A DNA stretch of 64,000 nt, taken from contig JBDHJS010000013.1 in assembly GCA_039586795.1 (NCBI GenBank), forward strand, positions 18,464 through 82,463, given 5' to 3'. A model generated the notes under the pieces. That model ran no database searches. It saw only the letters and a program-made list of their open reading frames with translations, and had not been told where the DNA came from. This document shows positions 1 through 7,354 of this stretch, in pieces. The position numbers and the translations under genes were made by a program. How positions within the stretch are numbered: the first letter of the stretch is position 1; each line of letters begins with the position of its first letter. This DNA is from Gemmatimonadota bacterium (GTDB taxonomy: Bacteria > Gemmatimonadota > Gemmatimonadetes > Palauibacterales > KS3-K002).

Positions 1-1052
1 TGGTCCGGCGGACCCCATCGCCCTGAACCATTGTCTCTGACCCTCCAACGAACGGCGTTGTCGGGAGGCTCACTGTACGGCCCAGAGGTCGCATATCCCC
101 CGATCCAGGCCTCATCCCCTACAATGGTGATGCAGGTGACCACGCCGCGACTCGCTATGGTCCCCTCCGCATCGTCCCGATTCACGCGCACCCACGTACC
201 ATCAACCATCCCGTTTGCGTGCCGGCGCGCCGAGAAGCTGAATGTACGCCAGCCGTCGGGCTCTGGATACGTAAACGACCCGCTGCCCGCCACGGACTCG
301 ATGACGCGGCCCGGATTGCTCACCCTCGTCCGCTTGATGCGGAACTTGCCGTGCTGGTGGTTGGTGAACGTTCGTCCGTGCGGCCTGAACGTGTTCTCGA
401 GTTCCCAGCCATCGCGTTCAACCGACTCGTAGTAGTTGGCACGCATCTGTATGGAGGCACTGCGCTCGCGGTCATCGACCACCGCAAACGTGACAACCCC
501 GTAATCCTTGGAGTGGAAATCTGCCAGCACCGAGAAATCAATACCTACTTCGAACTCGCCGTGCAGAATACTGTTCTGGGTGTTGAAGCCGGCGGCGCGG
601 CGAATCTCACCGTCCTCGACGCCCTCCGCGATGTGGATCACGACTTCTTCGTCTTGGCACGCTTTCTCGATTCCCCACCAATTGCATTCCTCTCCTTCTC
701 CCCACCAAAGCGGGCCGATCGTCTTGCCCGCAAAATCGTCGGACAGTTCGCCGCCATCGATATCGCCCGAGGCATAGAAGTTGTCGAAACTGGCGTCGAA
801 GGAAGGGTAGTTGAGCCAGTTGGAGGCGACCAGCACGACTCGTAGATCCTGCTCGAGATACGCCGCATTCCACCAGCCGTGCTCGATCCAATCACTTCCG
901 TCCCAATAGTACGTGGTGATAATCCAGGACTCGTTTCCGATGGCGTCGATGTTCGGGGTGACCGATGTGGGCCCGGACACCGGGTCTTCCTGATTGCACG
1001 CCACCACTAGAGCTAGGGCGAGTAGTACAGAGACAACGGGTACTCTACGCAT
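1..1052 (-). CDS. Secreted lipoprotein of unknown function, 3' end outside the window
   Basis: Absent from the ORF track because it runs off the edge. Read by hand from ATG 1052 with AGGAG RBS: MRRVPVVSVLLALALVVAC (lipobox) ... GSGSFTYPEPDGWRTFSFSARRHANG...GVVTCITIVGDEAWIGG...RVRDNGSGRWGPPD. Frame is open to base 3. Confidence 0.7.
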   Translation of the reverse strand, partial: MRRVPVVSVLLALALVVACNQEDPVSGPTSVTPNIDAIGNESWIITTYYWDGSDWIEHGWWNAAYLEQDLRVVLVASNWLNYPSFDASFDNFYASGDIDGGELSDDFAGKTIGPLWWGEGEECNWWGIEKACQDEEVVIHIAEGVEDGEIRRAAGFNTQNSILHGEFEVGIDFSVLADFHSKDYGVVTFAVVDDRERSASIQMRANYYESVERDGWELENTFRPHGRTFTNHQHGKFRIKRTRVSNPGRVIESVAGSGSFTYPEPDGWRTFSFSARRHANGMVDGTWVRVNRDDAEGTIASRGVVTCITIVGDEAWIGGYATSGPYSEPPDNAVRWRVRDNGSGRWGPPD

Positions 1053-1478
1053 TTGACAGCGCTCCTGCCGATAGCACCCAGGAGTCATGGTGCTCTTTGC
1101 TCGGCCTTAGTTACAGAGTCTCAAACAATCCCGACACGACCGCCCTTACTCTCGGAGGCGGAGCGCGATCCCAGACCGCGTATCCCTTGAATTCTTGGAC
1201 ATGAAAAGAAGAACAACTACTGGAGTGCGGACCCAACCAGAATCTGCGGAAGCCACCTACAGCCGATACTACCAAAAGAGATCCTCTGTCTGTCAGCGAA
1301 ACGATCGTGCCGACTATCGTGCTTTCAGAAGAGTCTACTCAAATATCGCTGAAAGTGATTGAAGGTAGTGTGAAGTTGTGAGAGGTCAATCGATCGGTAC
1401 CCGAAGAACCCTACCAATAATCGCTATTCGTTTTCCGTGTGAGACCCCCAACCGCGACGGCAACGGAAGACCTGCTCA

Positions 1479-2303
1479 TCAGATAGCGACCCTAAACAGA
1501 CCGCGAAGGGCGAACGCGGCGATCATGGTCAAGATGAAGAAGACGACGAGCCAGTGCGTCTCCCAACCGAATAAGCTCACCTCGGCTTCAGGATATCCGA
1601 CCGCGATCGACTCGATTGGGCCAGGCGGAAGCGGCGGTTCGACGGGATAGAGTACCTGGCTGAGCAGCCCTCCGGATGGACGAACCACAGACCGTCGTAC
1701 GACGGAGTTTGACACCTGCACGGACTTATCTAGCTCCGCGTCGCCCAGCCGGATGCTAAGCCGGTAGGTCCCCGGCCGCTGAGCACGGATGCGCCAGTCC
1801 GCTTCGTTGAGCGAGGGAATCCAGAGAAGCGGAGTCTCGACCGTGACGTCCGAGGGAGCATCGAGCTCGAGAGGCGGCGACTCTCCGGCCGTCCGGTCGG
1901 CATTCAACTTGACGGTGACGATCGCTTCGCTTCCCACCTCCAGGCCCTGGTATCCGTAGCGGTACTGCAGCTGAACGATGACAAGCAGAAGAGGGATGCT
2001 CATCCAAAGCAACGGGACCAGCGTTAGCCGCATGTAGCGGAGGCTATGCCGGACGATCCCCATCTGGGCACTCAGCATGGTCCTCGGGTCGTCGCTAAAG
2101 AGCCGAATCTCGAAGATCCCGGCGTGCATCTGACGCTTGGCGGCAGCGAGCGCTTTCTGATCCGATGTGGCTTTGAAGATGAGGAGCACTGCAACTGCCG
2201 TGATGACGGACATCACAGTCAGGCCCACGACGGGCGGGAGATCGCGAAAGGGATAGAGCAGCACGTCGAACGTGCCGCTAACCAGAGCATTCAGGATACT
2301 CAT
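1479..2303 (-). CDS. Membrane protein with DUF106/EMC3-TMCO1 (Oxa1 superfamily)-like topology and an extracytoplasmic beta-sandwich insert
   Basis: TM1, a helical segment (SDQKALAAAKRQMH...), TM2 (LVPLLWMSIPLLLV), a beta-rich domain, then TM3 (HWLVVFFILTMIAAF). Last gene of the minus-strand operon. Confidence 0.6.
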   Translation of the reverse strand: MSILNALVSGTFDVLLYPFRDLPPVVGLTVMSVITAVAVLLIFKATSDQKALAAAKRQMHAGIFEIRLFSDDPRTMLSAQMGIVRHSLRYMRLTLVPLLWMSIPLLLVIVQLQYRYGYQGLEVGSEAIVTVKLNADRTAGESPPLELDAPSDVTVETPLLWIPSLNEADWRIRAQRPGTYRLSIRLGDAELDKSVQVSNSVVRRSVVRPSGGLLSQVLYPVEPPLPPGPIESIAVGYPEAEVSLFGWETHWLVVFFILTMIAAFALRGLFRVAI

Positions 2304-2322
2304 TCAGGCTATCCTCGGAACG

Positions 2323-2514
2323 TCAGGATATGTACCCCAATCCTTGGAGGCGCTTTCTGATCTCCTCCTCGGAGTCGGCCTCCTCGAGATGCGCCAGCTC
2401 CTTCTCTAGGGCGTGAGTGATGAACTCCTCGACCGACGAGTATCCGGCTATGTCCGCGTAGCGCTTGACTCTCGTCAAGAGATTCTTGTCTAGCTTGACC
2501 TTCGACCCGAACAT
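2323..2514 (-). CDS. Ribbon-helix-helix (CopG-like) microprotein with C-terminal EEIRKRLQGLGYI tail
   Basis: 63 aa with a strong AGGAGG RBS; strand-helix-helix pattern KVKLD / KNLLTRVKRYADIAG / YSSVEEFITHALEKEL. Confidence 0.75.
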   Translation of the reverse strand: MFGSKVKLDKNLLTRVKRYADIAGYSSVEEFITHALEKELAHLEEADSEEEIRKRLQGLGYIS

Positions 2515-2531
2515 CGTACTACCTCCTAGTC

Positions 2532-4547
2532 TTATCTACTTTCCGCGGCAGGAGATTCATCTTCACGGGGGAAGCCCTCGATCCCAAACTCTGCGAGCAC
2601 CGCCGCGGCCATTTCTCTAAGTGACTCAACCTCCAGGCGAAGCGGGCGGTTCGTGAACAGCACACCGGGCACTGCCTCATGGTCGATCTCATGGCCCGCG
2701 CTCCACTTGCTCACGTTGTCGTAGAACAATCCGTGGGGGATCCTTCCAACGGCCGACTCATCGGAGCTGCGAAACCCTGCGGCGTAACCAACGATCATGT
2801 CCGGACCGATTCCGCGATGTACGGTATCCCTGTAAACGCGATCACGATGGTAGACTTTGGCTATGGCCGGCTCACCGGTCTGCGGATCGGTGACCCTTAA
2901 AAGACGTCTTGAGATCTCATCGATGATCAGGGTCCGCTGCTCTCGCGGCACGATGCCAAACCGTTCACGACCCCTCAGGTTGATGTACAGGCCGTTGAGA
3001 CCCAAAGCATAGGCCTGGGTGCGCGACCAGTCGACGTTGGCAAAGAACTCCGACTCGCCCTGCCGCGACGGATCTTTGAGCACCAGGTAGCCGTTCTCCT
3101 CGAGCCACGTGTTCAGGTTGAACGCGCGCCGCCAGGAGACGAAGCCGTGGTCCGACATCACGATGAGCGTGGTGTTGTCATCGATGTGCTCCAATGTCTC
3201 GCCGACGATCTCGTCTGCCTCGATATAGAGGTCTACGATCTCACCTCGATAAGGGCCATCAACGATGGGGTCGTGGGCGGGATGAGTAGAGTCCATGGCG
3301 CTCCACATCACATGCGAGACCATATCGAGATGCCCGAAGTAGTAGAAGAGCAATCCACCCTCGAAGCGCTCCAGAAGAAAGTCGTATTGTTTCCGATTCT
3401 CTGCGGCTACCATCGCGGCCTGGGCAAGAAACTCGTCATCGTCGAAGACGCCTGCGGTGAGCGCCCGAGTGTCCTCCGCCATTCCCTGGGTGTAGTAGCG
3501 TCCGGTGGCCGATGCTAGCTCGGCCGCAAAGTCGGGAGGACTCGAGATGGGCATCGCCGGGTCCAGCGGGTCCAGGTTGATCGGCGTGACGTAAAGTTGA
3601 AACTCGGGCCGGACCTGCTTGAGGTAGAAACGGCACGTACCAACCAGGCTCTTCACAAAGATCATCAGCTCGTAGTCGACCGTCAGCCACTCGCTCCACT
3701 CGCCTTCCTGAAGAACGACCTCCTGTTCACCCAGTACGATCTTGGCTACGGGCCTGGTGGGATCGATGTAGACCGTGAAGTCGGCTTCCAGGTTACTCGA
3801 TTCGGCCAAAAAGGGATGCGCGGGACCTCGGAGGCTTCCGTTGAATACGTGATCGATGACTTCCGCTTCGTAGACGGCGCCGCCGCCGGCGATCGTCGCA
3901 GTTATCCGCTCCGGAGCGGTGGTGAAGAACGAGAACGTGCCATAGGTCCCCAGGATGTCCGGCGTACCCATTCCGCTCAGCTCGCGGCTGGCCGATCCGG
4001 ATGGCGGAAAGTTGGCCGGCATGCGAACGATAGCGGTGGGGACACCGTGGTCCTCCAGCACCTCCCAAAACGGTGTGCCGTAGCGCAGCAGCTGAACGCC
4101 GCCGCCGGACAGCGGGAACTGCCAGCGGCCCAGCTTGATGGTTCTGCCCGGCCCCTCCGTCCTCGAGGTCGACAGGTACGGTACCATCGTCGCCGGGTCC
4201 CGGTGCATGAAGTCGAATATGCCGTGGCCGCCCGCATCGAGACCCGTGATGAATTCCGACCATGCCACCGGGCTCTGCGGAGGAATCGAGGTCCGCAGCG
4301 CTCCGAAGCGACCATCACGGGCGAGCTGCATCAGGTTGGGTAACCGACCCTCGGACATCAGCCGCTCGGTAAGACTGTAGTCCATCCCGTCGAAACCGAG
4401 CACGATCACGCGTTTCTCTACAACAGAGGCGTCGTTCCCACAGCTCGTGCTGGCAGCGAGAACGAAGAGCATCAGGAGGCCGACCGAACGGGCACTCGCC
4501 CACCGGCGGGGAGCCGAGATCAACTCGGGACCGTACCTGCTCTTCAC
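2532..4547 (-). CDS. Alkaline-phosphatase-superfamily (type I phosphodiesterase / nucleotide pyrophosphatase-like) lipoprotein
   Basis: Motifs VIVLGFDGMD, PPQSPVAW (Ser nucleophile position), DMVSH, IVMSDHGF and SAGH. GTG start at 4547 overlaps the upstream TGA (GTGA); lipobox-like ASTSC. Confidence 0.85.
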   Translation of the reverse strand: MKSRYGPELISAPRRWASARSVGLLMLFVLAASTSCGNDASVVEKRVIVLGFDGMDYSLTERLMSEGRLPNLMQLARDGRFGALRTSIPPQSPVAWSEFITGLDAGGHGIFDFMHRDPATMVPYLSTSRTEGPGRTIKLGRWQFPLSGGGVQLLRYGTPFWEVLEDHGVPTAIVRMPANFPPSGSASRELSGMGTPDILGTYGTFSFFTTAPERITATIAGGGAVYEAEVIDHVFNGSLRGPAHPFLAESSNLEADFTVYIDPTRPVAKIVLGEQEVVLQEGEWSEWLTVDYELMIFVKSLVGTCRFYLKQVRPEFQLYVTPINLDPLDPAMPISSPPDFAAELASATGRYYTQGMAEDTRALTAGVFDDDEFLAQAAMVAAENRKQYDFLLERFEGGLLFYYFGHLDMVSHVMWSAMDSTHPAHDPIVDGPYRGEIVDLYIEADEIVGETLEHIDDNTTLIVMSDHGFVSWRRAFNLNTWLEENGYLVLKDPSRQGESEFFANVDWSRTQAYALGLNGLYINLRGRERFGIVPREQRTLIIDEISRRLLRVTDPQTGEPAIAKVYHRDRVYRDTVHRGIGPDMIVGYAAGFRSSDESAVGRIPHGLFYDNVSKWSAGHEIDHEAVPGVLFTNRPLRLEVESLREMAAAVLAEFGIEGFPREDESPAAESR

Positions 4548-6685
4548 CGCGCACCCTCCGCTGAGGACGCAGAGGAAGCTCCGACCTTCCCTGTATCGTG
4601 AAATAGCGTGCTTCCATCCATGTATCCCGGCGGCTCGACTCCGAACAGCCAGAGCGCGGTCGGCGCGATGTCGACCAACGCCGGGTCGGCTCGGTGGGTG
4701 GGCCGATTGCAGAACAAGACGCCCGGGACCAGGCGCGGATCGATACAATGATCTCCGCTCCAGGGCTTGCGATTGTCTTCGAAGATGGGACCCGCAATCA
4801 CTCCTGTCGCTCCATCCCAAGAAGTCCGGTAGCCGGCGTTGTATCCCATCAACATGTCGGGCGCATCCTTCACGTACGGTCCTTTGTACAGCTCATCCGT
4901 CGCAAACACCTCGCGGATGGCGACGTCGCCAGTCTCCGCATCCACGAGGCCGCTGAGTTTGTCGATCAGTTCAGTCTTGAGCGACATGGCTGCGTCGCCC
5001 GGCTCCACAATCCCTTCAGCCTCTCGACCCTTCAGGTTGAGATAGAGACCGGTCAGACCCAGAGCGTAGGCCCGTGTCTTCGACCAGTCCACATCGCGAA
5101 GCCAGTCGGACCTTCCGTCGGTTCCGTCTTTGAGCGTGAGATAGCCGTTGGCGAGCAGCCAGCTGTTCAGGTTCACGCCGCGCCTAAACGAGCTGAAACC
5201 ATGGTCGGACAACACCATGAGAACGTCACCGTCTTTCAACGCGCTCATGGCCCGTCCAACGATGGCATCGTTGTGTACGTAAAGCTTCTCTATAGCATCG
5301 CGATGTGCTGACTCGGTCTGCCCACCGTTGGCCGGGTGATCGGCTTCGAGGTAACGCCAGAACATGTGTTGGATCCGATCGGTGGCATCGAACACACAGG
5401 CCAGCATTCCCCGGCGCAGCTTATCCAGAGCGGTGAAGAACATCTCTTCCCGCTCCTTGTCTATATCGTAAGTGAGTTCAAGGAACGATTCGTCGCCGAT
5501 GACGCCCTCGTTCAGGGCCCAGGTGTCCTCGGCGAGGCCCGTTGTAGCGTACTTGCCGAGCTTCTTCGCCAAATAGATGGCATAGTAATGCGGGTGCGAG
5601 ATCGGCATCGCCGGCTTTTCGGGATCGATGTTGATCGGCGTCATGTAAAGCGAAAAATGCTCGCCCATCTCGGTGACCATCATCCGGCAGATCCCGCGTA
5701 TCTTGACGCCCGGCGCAGCGCGGAAGCCAACGTTAACCCAATCGCTCAGAACCCCGGTCTGTAGCACGAGCCGGGTCCCGTCGAGCGACAGTCGAACGAG
5801 GTTGGCGCCGCGGTCTAGTTCAATCTCGAGAGGTACCTCGAGCGGCGGATCACCATCGATGAAGGGGTTCGCCGGACCCTGCACGACCGTTGCGGCACGA
5901 TCGCCGTTCATCTCGAGCTCCACCCGGGTGCCGCCCTCCTTGAAACGCGCTTCGGAACGCCGGGTGGTGTACAGCCTGAACGTGCCTTGTGTACCGAGAA
6001 GATCGGGCACCGACATGGCGCTCAGCTGGGCCCCATAAAAACGGTCCGGCGGGAACGTTATGGGCACTCGGAGGATCGTGCTCCATATGTTGCGTTCGCC
6101 AAGGATCGACCAGAAGGGTTTTGATTTTCTCAGCAGGCGCAGTTCCGGGCTTTTGAGAGGAACGCGGAAACGGCCCAATCTCAGAAATCGATCGACCTTG
6201 CCGACCCGCGTAGATGAGAGGATCGGAAGATAGGTCCGCCGATCGCGGTCGAGGAAGTCGAAGATGTTGTGCTTGGCCGGATGAGTTCCAGTGCTGAACG
6301 AGGACCAAGCCACAGGCGACACCGACGGATAGGTCGTGGCGAGTCGGTGATAGCATCCCATCTCGGCGAGGCGCCGGAAGTTGGGCAGCTTTCCCTCTTC
6401 CAAGAAACGATCGGTGAGTTTCGGATCCTGGCCGTCGAAACCGAGCACGATCAGCCGTTTGATCCTCGGGCGTGCCCGGCGTACGCGGCGGAGCGCGCGC
6501 CACACCATGCGAAACGGCCAAAGAAGCATCGAGACAACGGCCATGAGGCCCGTCACGAATACGACCAGAAACGAGGTGACGAAGACGAAGCCGGCGCCCG
6601 GACCGACATAGGCGGCCGCCGGGCTGGGCGTGGCGAGCAGCAGCACCAGAGCGAGGGTTGCCGCTGCCAGACAGCGGCGCTTCAG
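4544..6685 (-). CDS. Alkaline-phosphatase-superfamily (type I phosphodiesterase-like) membrane-anchored protein, paralog of the downstream gene
   Basis: Motifs LIVLGFDGQD, PSVSPVAW, DRIQH, LSDHGF and SGDH; signal peptide followed by AYVGPGAG and a TM helix. Start uncertain (CTG 6685 or GTG 6646). Confidence 0.8.
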   Translation of the reverse strand: MKRRCLAAATLALVLLLATPSPAAAYVGPGAGFVFVTSFLVVFVTGLMAVVSMLLWPFRMVWRALRRVRRARPRIKRLIVLGFDGQDPKLTDRFLEEGKLPNFRRLAEMGCYHRLATTYPSVSPVAWSSFSTGTHPAKHNIFDFLDRDRRTYLPILSSTRVGKVDRFLRLGRFRVPLKSPELRLLRKSKPFWSILGERNIWSTILRVPITFPPDRFYGAQLSAMSVPDLLGTQGTFRLYTTRRSEARFKEGGTRVELEMNGDRAATVVQGPANPFIDGDPPLEVPLEIELDRGANLVRLSLDGTRLVLQTGVLSDWVNVGFRAAPGVKIRGICRMMVTEMGEHFSLYMTPINIDPEKPAMPISHPHYYAIYLAKKLGKYATTGLAEDTWALNEGVIGDESFLELTYDIDKEREEMFFTALDKLRRGMLACVFDATDRIQHMFWRYLEADHPANGGQTESAHRDAIEKLYVHNDAIVGRAMSALKDGDVLMVLSDHGFSSFRRGVNLNSWLLANGYLTLKDGTDGRSDWLRDVDWSKTRAYALGLTGLYLNLKGREAEGIVEPGDAAMSLKTELIDKLSGLVDAETGDVAIREVFATDELYKGPYVKDAPDMLMGYNAGYRTSWDGATGVIAGPIFEDNRKPWSGDHCIDPRLVPGVLFCNRPTHRADPALVDIAPTALWLFGVEPPGYMDGSTLFHDTGKVGASSASSAEGAR

Positions 6686-6739
6686 CTTATCTTCTACCGC
6701 TGACCGGCTATGCGACCCTGCCAACCAGAGAGCGTTATC

Positions 6740-7351
6740 GTGGCCTCTTCGCTCCTTCGATTCTTCAGGCGTGTTAGATACGGAAAGCCGATCATCGTCG
6801 TTTCCGGCCTCCCACGCTCCGGCACGTCGCTGATGATGCAGATGCTCGAAGCCGGCGGGATAGAGATCGTGACCGATCGCGTCAGGACAGCCGATGAGAG
6901 CAATCCTCAAGGGTATTACGAGTTGGAGGCGGTCAAGGAGCTCGATAAAGGGACCCACCCGTTCTGGCTCAAAGATGCCAGAGGTAAAGCAGTCAAGATC
7001 ATCGCGTTTCTCATAAACTACCTGCCGGAGACCTTCAGCTACAAGGTCATTTTCATGCATCGAGACATAGACGAAGTGCTCGCCTCCCAGACCAAGATGC
7101 TAGCACTGCGCGGCGAGCCCTCAGACACCGACGACGCACGCATGCGTGAACTCTTCGAGGGTCACCTCGCCAGGACCAAGCGTCTGCTCACAAGCCGTGC
7201 TTGTTTCGAGGTCCTCGACATCAGCTACAATGAGATCCTCGAAAACGCCTCCGAGCATGCGGGGCGCGTCGATCGCTTCTTAGATGCGCAGCTCGACGTC
7301 GAACGCATGGCCGCGGTCGTGAACCCCGATTTGTACCGGAGCCGTCGCTGA
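6740..7351 (+). CDS. Sulfotransferase family protein
   Basis: 5'-PSB loop VSGLPRSGTSLMMQML and 3'-PB-like FMHRDIDEVLASQ. GTG 6740 preferred over ATG 6710. Confidence 0.85.
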   Translation: MASSLLRFFRRVRYGKPIIVVSGLPRSGTSLMMQMLEAGGIEIVTDRVRTADESNPQGYYELEAVKELDKGTHPFWLKDARGKAVKIIAFLINYLPETFSYKVIFMHRDIDEVLASQTKMLALRGEPSDTDDARMRELFEGHLARTKRLLTSRACFEVLDISYNEILENASEHAGRVDRFLDAQLDVERMAAVVNPDLYRSRR

Positions 7352-7354
7352 TCT

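Noticed and set aside
4548..4820. N-terminal extension of the 762-aa ORF 2532..4820
   Set aside because: It overlaps the 3' end of the upstream paralog; a GTGA-coupled start at 4547 gives a lipoprotein signal.
6686..7060. N-terminal extension of the 838-aa ORF 4544..7060
   Set aside because: It is antisense to the sulfotransferase gene and has no protein-like features; an open frame by chance in GC-rich DNA.
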